Virus record (IMG/VR): IMGVR_UViG_3300034121_001395
DNA length: 64,000 nt
From: a virus
Direction: 5' to 3' (one strand)
In this document: positions 20,201-29,030 of the stretch, piece by piece
How positions within the stretch are numbered: position 1 is the first letter of the stretch
Layout: every line of letters begins with the position of its first letter
Translations under genes and position numbers: made by a program
The notes under the pieces: model-generated
The model's database searches: none
What the model saw: the letters and a program-made list of their open reading frames with translations, nothing else
What the model was told of the DNA's origin: nothing

Positions 20201-22037
20201 GTCGTTAACTGGCAACTATTCTGGAATTGGAAGATATGTGCTTGTTAATATCACTGGTCATACTGCATTCGAAGGTCAAAGTGCAGTTCTTGTAATAAAC
20301 ACTACATCAAAAATTGGTCTTGCTGTTGGAAGCTATAACTGTTTTGTTAAGCGCGTGATTGGCTCTAATAGTTTTGTAATTTCTGTCGGCAACGCTATAA
20401 ATGGTTGGTCGTCTACAAGCGGATCGACTGGAAGCGCTGGATGGATTCTTTATAAAGGATCAACAGATGCGGTTCATCAATACACGCCTGCGCTTCAACA
20501 TTTTTACTATCAGCGCTTTCCGACATCTGACACGTCACCGACAACTACTGGTGGAAACCGAAACGTAGCGCTAGGAAACAGCGCAGAGGTTGACGGTGAC
20601 TTTTCATATTCTTTAGGTCATAAGTCTGCTGTCTATGGAGCACACTCAGTAGCTCTTGGCGGAGAAGACAGTTTTGTCACTGGCAACTATTCTACGACGC
20701 TTGGCGGTCAAGGACTAGTTTCATCTGGAGCATATCAGACGATTATCGGCAAGTATAACACGATTGATTCATCAAACACAAAACCATTCATCGTTGGTTG
20801 GGGATCAAGTGACTCTAGTCGATCCAACCTTTTAGAGTTATCAAACACCACTCTTACACTAAACACTGCAATAAATGCAAGCGGCTCAGCGACTGCATCG
20901 TCATTTATAAGACTTGGTGGAACAAGTTCTCAGTTTTTAAAAGCTGACGGAAGTGTTGATTCAAATACATACAGCGTTTCAGGTCATACACATGTCACAT
21001 CGCAAATAACTGACCTATATCAACCATCGCCACAACAAGATCCTGATGCAACTTCAAATATAACTGTAGGTGGTACGCTCTATATAAAGACTGGTGCACA
21101 ATATTATGAGGAGTCAGGAAACAACAATAATTGGCTTAATTATAATTCTAGCATCAATCGTTGGCAACTAGGCGATAATGTAGATGGTGTGTATGCAACT
21201 TCTACAAGTGATGGGTTCTATCCTTGGCTTGCAACATGGAGCGGATATAGTGTTGAAAAATATTCATATCCACGAATAGTGGGTGCTCTATTGGCATCAA
21301 TGGCGTCTGATGGAGTTTCAAATTACGCAGCTCGCGCAGATCACGTTCACCCGCTTCCTTCTGCACTTCAAGTTGGAGCAGCACCATTAGTTGGTGGAAA
21401 GATTCCAATAGAATATATTCCATCTGCATCAGATGATGTGCTTGTGTTTAATAGCAGAGCAAACTTTCCAGTAACAGGAGAGACTGGAAAGGTCTATATT
21501 GCACTCAATGAAACATACTTTAACAATATTTATTATGAAGCTGAGAGAATGTATGTTTGGCAAGATGCTTCTTTTCCTTCTCGTTATATAGAATGTGCGC
21601 CGTTAAGTGACCTTAATCCATCAAATAGCCAGGCATCTTTTATTGCAAACATATCGGGTAATTCTGTATTATTTAGACCATCAGGTCTAACTGGAGATCG
21701 CAATCAATATAAGTCTATACTTAACGAAACTTATACTTTTTATAACACTGGACGATGGAAGATAATATCATATGGAGAAGAAACTTATACTGAAGCTGAA
21801 GCTAATCTTGGAACTGAACTTTATCCATGGCAAGCTACTTGGCCAAGTACTTCAGTTTCTCGCTATCCAGTTTCATACAATTCAAATGCAATTCCACGAC
21901 CGCTCTCCTCGGTCGCTAGCAGCGGAACAAGCGGCCGCTCTGCTCGAGCAGATCATGTTCATCCGCTTCCAACTGCAGCAGAAGTTGGTGCGACCACAGA
22001 AAACTTCGCAATTGCAATGGCTATAGCTCTAGGTTAA
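17280..22037 (+). CDS. Long mosaic tail fibre protein
   Basis: 1585 aa; PTTL(S/N)GYGI(S/T)DA three times; YadA-head-like repeats (~20560-20770); duplicated YPW.ATW...ARADHVHPLP module; ends FAIAMAIALG. Confidence 0.8.
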   Translation: MSNITSTITPDTLITSTVSSPITVSVSTFSEGGRTLSELTDVDLQGVTSGSILIYDTNEFVSRALTGDVTINSSGVTTISPNSVTLGSDTTGQYVSTIVGTSDQVIVGGSGVESAAVTLSLPQSIAPTSSPTFNNITLSGSITNADLTAKLNAKAPSHSPTFTGTVSGITKEMVGLSAVDNTSDLNKPISTAIQSALNTKVNVIVGKALSDENYTAIEKTKLAGIANGATANSTDAYLLDRANHTGSQSYTTITGLGTLATQSGTFSGTSSGTNTGDQTITLGGDASGSGTGLLNVTLSSTGVFAGTYNNSATVVSPLTIDVKGRITAVGNPITISPHWNSVTNKPTTLSGYGISDAVDLSSSQTISGHKDFTSSPTVPLIPTASGHAASKAYVDTLSEGLHVHAATHAIITGPLSQYLDDGTYVIYSNGTNGVGAKLTVSAPVTWTTVFNDSDIIVGSRVIIAGQSTSAHNGIYVVSSSTELTRADDFNTPTEMAGGDFVFVTHGTYADTGWVLSEPVTEVGATAVIFTQFSGAGTYEAGSGLSRDGTTFSVKSAGIDRIIVDVLGVDLARTGISTGTYRSVTVDSYGRVTAGSNPTTLNGYGITDAASSTALSNHISDATVHLTSTQNTLLDGITVTSEKVNYLSNVTSNIQSQLDGKSASGHTHSAATTSVAGFLSASDKSKLDGIAAGAEVNVNADWSAASGDTQILNKPTTLSGYGITDAVNLTGTQTITGTKTINAPVTMNSNFLTIQSDALNPSYGLKIANTNSFDPGTPLLVDGRARFVHGVSFAAGITNFTNNSDHTHVQWTAQGRGNWQMIQNGGTSSTNRNTFLLTTVGSTASQTFFNESNAYNVDTTGVVASSVSPFIATGIKVNYNTAGSGLAIGDYVQITFNPGAAGVVANTYPGVVTAGPTAVTIAGTTKHQYTFSLENFSSVNWVAASARAELIYLNSSSVNNVRVSYAPTQIDGTRVSLTGNYSGIGRYVLVNITGHTAFEGQSAVLVINTTSKIGLAVGSYNCFVKRVIGSNSFVISVGNAINGWSSTSGSTGSAGWILYKGSTDAVHQYTPALQHFYYQRFPTSDTSPTTTGGNRNVALGNSAEVDGDFSYSLGHKSAVYGAHSVALGGEDSFVTGNYSTTLGGQGLVSSGAYQTIIGKYNTIDSSNTKPFIVGWGSSDSSRSNLLELSNTTLTLNTAINASGSATASSFIRLGGTSSQFLKADGSVDSNTYSVSGHTHVTSQITDLYQPSPQQDPDATSNITVGGTLYIKTGAQYYEESGNNNNWLNYNSSINRWQLGDNVDGVYATSTSDGFYPWLATWSGYSVEKYSYPRIVGALLASMASDGVSNYAARADHVHPLPSALQVGAAPLVGGKIPIEYIPSASDDVLVFNSRANFPVTGETGKVYIALNETYFNNIYYEAERMYVWQDASFPSRYIECAPLSDLNPSNSQASFIANISGNSVLFRPSGLTGDRNQYKSILNETYTFYNTGRWKIISYGEETYTEAEANLGTELYPWQATWPSTSVSRYPVSYNSNAIPRPLSSVASSGTSGRSARADHVHPLPTAAEVGATTENFAIAMAIALG

Positions 22038-22052
22038 TATAAATATATCTAC

Positions 22053-22559
22053 ATGAAGAAGTTAATAACAAATTACACTTTCAATGCCACGGCGCAGACG
22101 ATAACGTTTGTCGATCAAACTTCTATAGATCTTGAAAGTGTGTTGTTGATTACTAATGTCACCTCTAACGTTATCGTCTATAATTTTGCAAATCCTGCGC
22201 AAGGTGGAAGTGTTGCTGGTAATGTCTTATCGTTAAACTATGACACTACATTAATGTCAAACAGTGACGCTCTTCAAGTATATTATGATGATGGAGTTGA
22301 GTCTGCGTCTGAAATTACTGCCGAGGCAATTGTAGATGCCGTATTAACACTTAAACGTATCGCAAAAAATATGGAGTCTCTTCAGGTTGTAGACTCTAAC
22401 CAACGTCAGCGCGTTAACGTTGAAGCTGTGCCAACTATTGCGACTGTTACCACTCTTGGTAATATTGCAGGTATAGGTGGTATTGATCCGCGTTGGCAAA
22501 CTATAGATTGGGCGCGTGCTGCTGCAGACACACTTCGAACAAAATTAACATTCTCTTAA
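22053..22559 (+). CDS. Virion structural/fibre-associated protein
   Basis: 168 aa; YTFNATAQTITF start; TATAAATA promoter upstream. Confidence 0.65.
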   Translation: MKKLITNYTFNATAQTITFVDQTSIDLESVLLITNVTSNVIVYNFANPAQGGSVAGNVLSLNYDTTLMSNSDALQVYYDDGVESASEITAEAIVDAVLTLKRIAKNMESLQVVDSNQRQRVNVEAVPTIATVTTLGNIAGIGGIDPRWQTIDWARAAADTLRTKLTFS

Positions 22560-22577
22560 AACAAATATACATAAATT

Positions 22578-25451
22578 ATGTCAGTAACTAGTCAGTTAAA
22601 ACCAATAGTCGATCTTCCAGTATTTGAATGGGCAAGATTTTTACCAGCAAACACAAGCAACAGTTCATGCTTTACCAAAGATGATCGATATATCTATTAT
22701 ATCTATACTACGGCATTTTGGCGCTATGACACATACAACGACTCTTGGCAGCAACTAGCGACCCCAGTTCTTGGCATTGGTAACTGCACTGCAATGGAAT
22801 ATTGCAAGACTCAAGGATATTATGGTCGAGCAATCAGTGCAGGTGGTGGAAATAATACCATTCAACTTGCTGGACTTGTAGGAAATCGTCTTGTCGGACA
22901 AAAGATTCGTATAATTTCTGGAACTGGTGCTGGCCAAGAGCGTACAATTACTGCAGTGTCTGCTCCTACTATACATGATCGTGGAATAGTTACTGACTCA
23001 TCTAACCTTGGTTTAACAGATGGCTCTACTGGTATTGGTGCAAAGGCTTGGAGAATTAATCAATGGCGTGACTATCAAGTACGTCTTGACTATTCTGCTG
23101 GTACTGGTGGTCAAACACAATGTCGTCCGATTTTAAATAATCGTGCAACTGTATTAAACTGGTATGTTGCTGACTATGCAACAATTGATCCTTGGTGGGG
23201 ACGTCTAACAAACCCAGCTACGAGTAACACTGCAGGTACCCAAACATTGTATCAAATTGAGTCGCACGTTGCTACAGTTGATAGCAACTGGGATGTAAAT
23301 CCTGATGCATCTTCAAAATTTGTAGTTATGGGTGGTGGAATATGGGCAATGTCAACTGTAACTGGTTCATATTCATTTCAATATTATGATGTTCTTGCTG
23401 ACGCTTGGTATTATAAAAGTTCACAGGACAATATGTTGCCTGCTGCTCTCGGTACTGAAGCCTCTCTTGCGGTAATTTCCGAAGAAGACACTCCTCCATT
23501 AAGTGGTACAGCAAGTGCCGCAACTGATATGTCATTGGTTGATAGCAGCAAAAATTTAGCTCATAATCAGTATGCCAACTTTGAAATTCGAATCACTGGA
23601 GGTACAGGTCGTGGACAGGCTCGTACAATATTAGCAAACACAGCTACAACATTTTACGTCACTCGTCGCTGGGATGTTAATCCAAACAACACATCAACAT
23701 ATGAAATCTATAGCGACACTGGTAAAATTTGGTTTATCGGTGATGGTCGTAGTCAAACATATCAATATAGTCTAGAGAGTGATCAATTTTCATTAGGTCG
23801 TCAGTTAGATTATGGTGCTGCACGTATAGGTGGCGCTGCATTGCCTGGTCAAGATGCTATTCCTCTTACATCTATAACAAAGGCAACAGGCGGCGTAACT
23901 GTATTAAATCCAACTCCAACTGCTGGAGGTAGTGGTTATCTTGCTGATCAAATATTAACAATTTCAACTGGCGGTACTAATGCGACTGCACGTATTACCA
24001 GCGTTAACGCTTCAGGCGCAGTATTGTCTGTAGCACTTGAAACATGCGGATCTGGATATACAACTGGTGCAAGTAAAGCTACAACAGTAAACGTAACTGG
24101 TGGGTCTGGCTGTACTCTGGATATTACAACTATCGGTGATATTGCTACAGTAACTACACCATACTTCCATAACTTTAAACATGGAGAAGTTGTTACTATA
24201 TCTGGTGCGTCTGCTGCAAATTATAATGGAGCAAAAACAATACTAGGCATTCTTACACACACTACATTTCAATATATTGCTCCAGCCGACGCTGCTCCAA
24301 CCTTTGGCTCGCACAGCGCGACTACACTAATCGACTCTTCTAAAAATTGGATTGTAAATGAACATGCCGGTAAGATTTTACAATATACTGCATCGGTAGG
24401 TCCAACAAATTCAGAAAACAAACGACGTATTGTAAGTAATACCGCAAATACTATTACGTTTGTTTCTGGCACTACTCCTACAAACGGAACAACACGATAT
24501 GTTATATATGATGTAAAGCCGTTTGGCACTGAAATGTCGATGTATGCCCGCACTGCCGGTGGACGTGCAGGAATTGCTACTGGAGGTACATCTACATCAC
24601 TTACTGACACTACTAAAAATTGGCCTGTTAACTATTGGAGCAATACGCTTCCATCGGGCGCAAGCAATACTGGACGTAAAGTAAAAATTATTGCCGGAAC
24701 CGGAGTAGGTCAGGAACTGACAATTACTTCAAACACAGCAAACACTTTAAATTTTGCAAGCGCAACTGCGCCAGACGCAACTAGTGTCTATGTTATTATG
24801 GATTGTCATGGAGTTGCAACAAGCACAAGTTCAACATCACTCACTGATACAACTCAAAACTGGGCAACAAATATTTGGGCTGGTAAACGTTTACGTATTA
24901 CGTCTGGAGCGTCTTCAGGATCTGCAGACACTGAAGTTACTATAACTTCTAACACTCAAACTACACTAACATTTGGTGCTGTAACCAACACACCTGACTC
25001 TAACTGTACATACGCTATTCTTGAAGTTCCACCACGCGGTGCTGGTACAAATCTCGTTGGTGCTAAAGATTCTACAGACGCATCGCTAAACAGTCGTTAT
25101 CTGTATGCATGGAGAGGCGCAGCTACTTCTGAGATTGCACGTTATAATATTAACACAGAACAATATGACTTGCTAACATACTTCCCACTCACAGAGACAC
25201 TAACTACAGGCTCTATGTATGCATATGATGGAGTTGATAGAGTGTATTTTACAAAAGAAGCAACTGGTCGTATAATGTATTATGATATTGTAAAAAATAT
25301 AACAGTTCCTGCCGGCACAATTCCTTATGGTATGGGTACTGCTCAGATTGGTGATCGCATGGAAATATTTACTACACCAGATGGTCTTAAATATTTGTAT
25401 ATAGCACGTCATTCAAGTACTGAACTATGGAGAACGCTACTTTTTAATTAA
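22578..25451 (+). CDS. Virion structural protein with repeated (K/R)I.I..GTG.GQ.R.I..NT beta modules
   Basis: 957 aa; at least 5 copies of the module D..KNW..N...(G)..IRI..GTG.GQ.RTI..NT, flanked by propeller-like segments. Confidence 0.65.
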   Translation: MSVTSQLKPIVDLPVFEWARFLPANTSNSSCFTKDDRYIYYIYTTAFWRYDTYNDSWQQLATPVLGIGNCTAMEYCKTQGYYGRAISAGGGNNTIQLAGLVGNRLVGQKIRIISGTGAGQERTITAVSAPTIHDRGIVTDSSNLGLTDGSTGIGAKAWRINQWRDYQVRLDYSAGTGGQTQCRPILNNRATVLNWYVADYATIDPWWGRLTNPATSNTAGTQTLYQIESHVATVDSNWDVNPDASSKFVVMGGGIWAMSTVTGSYSFQYYDVLADAWYYKSSQDNMLPAALGTEASLAVISEEDTPPLSGTASAATDMSLVDSSKNLAHNQYANFEIRITGGTGRGQARTILANTATTFYVTRRWDVNPNNTSTYEIYSDTGKIWFIGDGRSQTYQYSLESDQFSLGRQLDYGAARIGGAALPGQDAIPLTSITKATGGVTVLNPTPTAGGSGYLADQILTISTGGTNATARITSVNASGAVLSVALETCGSGYTTGASKATTVNVTGGSGCTLDITTIGDIATVTTPYFHNFKHGEVVTISGASAANYNGAKTILGILTHTTFQYIAPADAAPTFGSHSATTLIDSSKNWIVNEHAGKILQYTASVGPTNSENKRRIVSNTANTITFVSGTTPTNGTTRYVIYDVKPFGTEMSMYARTAGGRAGIATGGTSTSLTDTTKNWPVNYWSNTLPSGASNTGRKVKIIAGTGVGQELTITSNTANTLNFASATAPDATSVYVIMDCHGVATSTSSTSLTDTTQNWATNIWAGKRLRITSGASSGSADTEVTITSNTQTTLTFGAVTNTPDSNCTYAILEVPPRGAGTNLVGAKDSTDASLNSRYLYAWRGAATSEIARYNINTEQYDLLTYFPLTETLTTGSMYAYDGVDRVYFTKEATGRIMYYDIVKNITVPAGTIPYGMGTAQIGDRMEIFTTPDGLKYLYIARHSSTELWRTLLFN

Positions 25452-25455
25452 TCTT

Positions 25456-25611
25456 ATGACAATAGAAGAAATCAAACAGATACTACAAAATAAATTAAAC
25501 GATTTAACCAATCGGAAAAACCTTGCATATATGTCTGGTGATCTAGCGACATACACATCACTAGACACTGAAATAGCTGAAACTCAAGCCACGCTTGTTA
25601 AGTTAGGCTAA
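25456..25611 (+). CDS. 51-aa helical hypothetical protein (below the ORF-track cutoff)
   Basis: Translated by hand: MTIEEIKQILQNKLNDLTNRKNLAYMSGDLATYTSLDTEIAETQATLVKLG; starts 4 nt after the previous stop. Confidence 0.65.
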   Translation: MTIEEIKQILQNKLNDLTNRKNLAYMSGDLATYTSLDTEIAETQATLVKLG

Positions 25612-25785
25612 CTTAACCTCTTCAAACTCTTCTTTCGAGAGATGTAGTTTTGCAGAGTTTGCTTTAAAAAATATCTTGTCTCCTTCTTTTTTATAGACAA
25701 CAATATAGTCGACAATGCCGACATTCATACTGCGGAGAAGATCTTTAAATTCACTGTTGATATAGACTTTTTCATTTAGTTTCAT
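25603..25785 (-). CDS. 60-aa hypothetical protein; the only plausible minus-strand gene
   Basis: MKLNEKVYINSEFKDLL...; fills an otherwise empty gap; a late-promoter-like AATAAATA lies just upstream on the minus strand. Confidence 0.55.
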   Translation of the reverse strand: MKLNEKVYINSEFKDLLRSMNVGIVDYIVVYKKEGDKIFFKANSAKLHLSKEEFEEVKLA

Positions 25786-25802
25786 ATAGATAGTATTTAT
25801 TG

Positions 25803-25831
25803 TGTACATGCTCAATAAACTATGATAAAAT
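25803..25831 (+). promoter_or_regulatory. Sigma70-type early promoter of the glf cassette
   Basis: TGTACA-N17-TAAAAT with extended -10 TG; same pattern as at 50940, 54422, 56775 and 58712. Confidence 0.6.
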
Positions 25832-25839
25832 AAAAATAT

Positions 25840-26838
25840 ATGAAAAAAAGTGCTAAAATAATTGGATGTGGGTTATCTGGAATTACTGCTGCGGTGTTGC
25901 TAAAGGAAAAGGGATACGCCGTAGAGATTTTTGAGACTCGTCCTCATATTGGTGGAAATTGCTATGATACCTACATTTGCAATACGCTTGTACATCAGTA
26001 TGGCCCTCATATTTTTCATACCGATGATGAAGAGGTCTATGAGTTTCTCAGTCGTTATACTGAGTGGACTCCGTTTGCGCTGCAACCAAAGGGAGACACC
26101 CGACTCGGACGTGTGAGTTTGCCGTACAGCAAAAAGACGATAAGTGAGATTGGTCGTGAGCTGTCACAAGAAGAGATTGTTGAGTATATTTTTAAAGAGT
26201 ATAGCGAAAAGCAATGGGGCGTGCCATTCGACGAGATTCCTAAGACTATTACAAATCGAATTCCAAAGACTGCAGAATGCGAAGATCCAACATGGTTTGA
26301 AGGTCAAAAGTATCAATGCATTCCAAAAGATGGTTACTCTGCAATGTTTACAAAGATGTTAGAAGGTATTATTGTGCATTTAAATTGTGGAGAGGATGAT
26401 TGGATGTACAAACGGGAGGCAGGTGATTTGATTGTCTATACTGGCAAGATTGACAGTTATTTTGGCACAATACATGGACGTCTGCCATATCGTTCACTTG
26501 AGTTTAAACATCATGTGTTGTGCGAAAAGCAAGACACATTTATTGTAAACCAAAACAATAGCACAACCGACTATACGCGAATCTATGATCACAGTTATTT
26601 TATGCCAGATCATGCCGGTCCAACAGTAGTCACCACTGAGCACCCGAAAGAATGCGGGCAGGGAGACATTCCGTTTTATCCTATTCCATGGGGTGAAGGA
26701 CAGGAAACATATCGACTCTATGAATCACTATCAAAGGCAGAAAAGGGAGTGATTTTTGTTGGTCGACTTGCAACCTATAAATACCTAGACATGTGGATGG
26801 CGATTAAACACGTCATGTTAAAGTTAAAGGATCTATGA
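25840..26838 (+). CDS. glf: UDP-galactopyranose mutase
   Basis: FAD motif IIGCGLSG; HIGGNCYD; HQYGPHIFHT; YSEKQWG; LPYRSL; PFYPI; GRLATYKYLDM. Confidence 0.92.
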   Translation: MKKSAKIIGCGLSGITAAVLLKEKGYAVEIFETRPHIGGNCYDTYICNTLVHQYGPHIFHTDDEEVYEFLSRYTEWTPFALQPKGDTRLGRVSLPYSKKTISEIGRELSQEEIVEYIFKEYSEKQWGVPFDEIPKTITNRIPKTAECEDPTWFEGQKYQCIPKDGYSAMFTKMLEGIIVHLNCGEDDWMYKREAGDLIVYTGKIDSYFGTIHGRLPYRSLEFKHHVLCEKQDTFIVNQNNSTTDYTRIYDHSYFMPDHAGPTVVTTEHPKECGQGDIPFYPIPWGEGQETYRLYESLSKAEKGVIFVGRLATYKYLDMWMAIKHVMLKLKDL

Positions 26839-27506
26839 AACTAGCATTATGCATGCGTGGGCACGTTCGTGATGGACTATTTACCCGAGGTTTAACTCAA
26901 TATATAGACCAGTTAACTGCTAAGGGTCATGACGTTCAGTTATATTTGCATACGTGGAAGGAGTCAGAGGCAAAATCTAGTTATCGAGTACTCGATCGAA
27001 AATATGTGTTTAAGGTAAGTGAAGAGTTGTTGCAGAATTATTTTAAGGACTATAATGTTCAAAAAATAATCATTGATGATGACTCAAAAATAAAAATATA
27101 CGGGAAAAAAACAGGGCATGTAAGTGCGAGCACATGTCCATTACTAGCATGGAAACGTATGTGGGCTGGCCAGCATAAAATACTATCATACGTCTATGAG
27201 TGTCAGGAAAAATATGATGTAGTCATTAATACTCGTTTTGATATGTTTACTACACCAATATGCTATACACCTCCTTCAACCCTGAATAGTTTAATTTTAC
27301 AAAAAGACAATATAGTATTTAAATATCCAACATACACTAAAAATATAGTTGGTATTGATAATTTTTATATTGGAAAAATTGAAATGATGTATAAATTAGT
27401 CTCTAACTTTTATGTTTCTTTAGATGATATTTTAAAAACTTATTCAACTATTAAACATCAAGAAGAAATAGTATATCGTTATGCAGCGGACAACAACATA
27501 TTATGA
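26835..27506 (+). CDS. Putative glycosyltransferase-like/sugar-modifying protein (paralog 1)
   Basis: MKLALCMRGHVR...YLHTW...YDVVINTRFD...DNFYIG; overlaps the glf stop (ATGA). Confidence 0.5.
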   Translation: MKLALCMRGHVRDGLFTRGLTQYIDQLTAKGHDVQLYLHTWKESEAKSSYRVLDRKYVFKVSEELLQNYFKDYNVQKIIIDDDSKIKIYGKKTGHVSASTCPLLAWKRMWAGQHKILSYVYECQEKYDVVINTRFDMFTTPICYTPPSTLNSLILQKDNIVFKYPTYTKNIVGIDNFYIGKIEMMYKLVSNFYVSLDDILKTYSTIKHQEEIVYRYAADNNIL

Positions 27507-28180
27507 AACTGGCATTTTGTATTCGTGGACACCTAAGAGGCGGGTTACAAGACTCACGCTTAAATGACTATATAAATCTGTTAAAGCAAAACGGCCACGC
27601 GGTTGATCTTTTTCTTCATACATGGTGTGAGTCAGAGGCAAAAAGCTCATACCGAAAACTAGACTATAACGGTATTTTTACAGTAGAAAAAACTCATCTA
27701 TCTGATTATTTCCATGACCAAACTATAAAACATGTGTGTATCGAAGACGACTCACGTTTAAAATTACACGGCAACTTAGAAGGCGTCATTCCTGGCAGTC
27801 CTTGCCCAATATTGGCATGGAAACGCATGTGGGCCGGAAAGTTTAATCTGGTGTCCCACTTGTATCATAATCATACCTATGACTATAACCTCGTAGTAAA
27901 TACACGTTATGATAAATTTACTACGCCAGTGTGTTATACACCAACTAAAAATCTCTTGAAAATGACAACAGTTGGAAATGGATTGAGTCTAAAATATCCT
28001 CAATATTACAGACAATTTAAGGGTATAGACAACTATTATGCAGGAGACATAAAAAGCATGTATGACATAACTTCAGCGTTTCATTATTCTTTAGATGATA
28101 TTGTCAAAAAATATAATGTAAGAGCCCTCCAGGAAGAACTCTTTTATAAATATGCAGTTGATCATGCCTTGACCCGTTAA
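27503..28180 (+). CDS. Putative glycosyltransferase-like/sugar-modifying protein (paralog 2)
   Basis: Clear paralog of the preceding ORF (shared HTW.ESEAKSSYR, CP.LAWKRMWAG, NTR.D.FTTP.CYTP). Confidence 0.5.
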   Translation: MKLAFCIRGHLRGGLQDSRLNDYINLLKQNGHAVDLFLHTWCESEAKSSYRKLDYNGIFTVEKTHLSDYFHDQTIKHVCIEDDSRLKLHGNLEGVIPGSPCPILAWKRMWAGKFNLVSHLYHNHTYDYNLVVNTRYDKFTTPVCYTPTKNLLKMTTVGNGLSLKYPQYYRQFKGIDNYYAGDIKSMYDITSAFHYSLDDIVKKYNVRALQEELFYKYAVDHALTR

Positions 28181-28255
28181 AACGGTGTTTTTTATAAATA
28201 CATTTAGATTGATAGTCATATTGTGATGTTTCACACTTTAAAAGTATAGTTATAA

Positions 28256-28576
28256 ATGGAACCAGAAAGATCGATGCTAAAAGAGTTTCTAGAGGGTGGG
28301 TGGATAATCCCTCTTGTTGGAGCGGCAGGCATGCTTGCTCGACTCATGACAGCAAAAAAAGAGTATACAATTCTCGAGCAGTTTAAAAATATAATATCAG
28401 CCGCACTCTCTGCAGCAATCGCTTGGTTTATATTGGAACAGACCGATATTCCCAGCCTATACAAGGCAATTACATATGGTATTATAGGAGTCGTTTCCCC
28501 AGAAATTATTACAGGCATCATCAAGCTAGCCAAGAATTTTGAACGCGCCCCAGAAAAATATGTAAAGAAGCCATGA
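28256..28576 (+). CDS. Putative holin (small multi-TM membrane protein)
   Basis: 106 aa with three hydrophobic segments and a basic C-terminus; late promoter at 28193. Confidence 0.5.
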   Translation: MEPERSMLKEFLEGGWIIPLVGAAGMLARLMTAKKEYTILEQFKNIISAALSAAIAWFILEQTDIPSLYKAITYGIIGVVSPEIITGIIKLAKNFERAPEKYVKKP

Positions 28577-28728
28577 AAACTGTAATATGGTTAGCACTAG
28601 CGCTTATTGTTATTATACAAATAATAGCATTTAATGCTGTCGTTAATCCAAATGAAGTCATTTCTCACTATGTCGTATTGATTGCGCTTGGTCTTTCGTT
28701 ATATACTGGAATGGCTATAAGAGAATAA
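28573..28728 (+). CDS. 51-aa two-TM membrane protein
   Basis: Translated by hand: MKTVIWLALALIVIIQIIAFNAVVNPNEVISHYVVLIALGLSLYTGMAIRE; ATGA overlap with the upstream gene. Confidence 0.6.
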   Translation: MKTVIWLALALIVIIQIIAFNAVVNPNEVISHYVVLIALGLSLYTGMAIRE

Positions 28729-28741
28729 TATAAATAAGACT

Positions 28742-29026
28742 ATGAGTACTAACGTCTACGAAAAGGGTTTAATACACCAAAACACATCTGCTGTTGCATA
28801 TGAAGCATTGACTTTTACAGATGGCTTTTACACACCAACTGTTGGTAAAGTGTTTGCTGGTTTGTATATTGCTCCAGGTACTGCTAACGGAAACATTGTG
28901 ATTGAAGGAGTAGATGGAGAGACAGCTACACTTACATTGAGTCCAGGAGTATGGCCTCTTGGTGGTCAGCGTATAGTCGATAGTGGAACTACTATATCTG
29001 AAGCTGCTGTAACAGTATTATTCTAA
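28742..29026 (+). CDS. Small hypothetical (probably virion) protein
   Basis: 94 aa; TATAAATA at 28729-28736. Confidence 0.65.
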   Translation: MSTNVYEKGLIHQNTSAVAYEALTFTDGFYTPTVGKVFAGLYIAPGTANGNIVIEGVDGETATLTLSPGVWPLGGQRIVDSGTTISEAAVTVLF

Positions 29027-29030
29027 TAAT

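Noticed and set aside
5270-25451. Diversity-generating retroelement acting on the fibres
   Set aside because: No reverse transcriptase and no template/variable repeat pair differing only at adenines was seen in this window.
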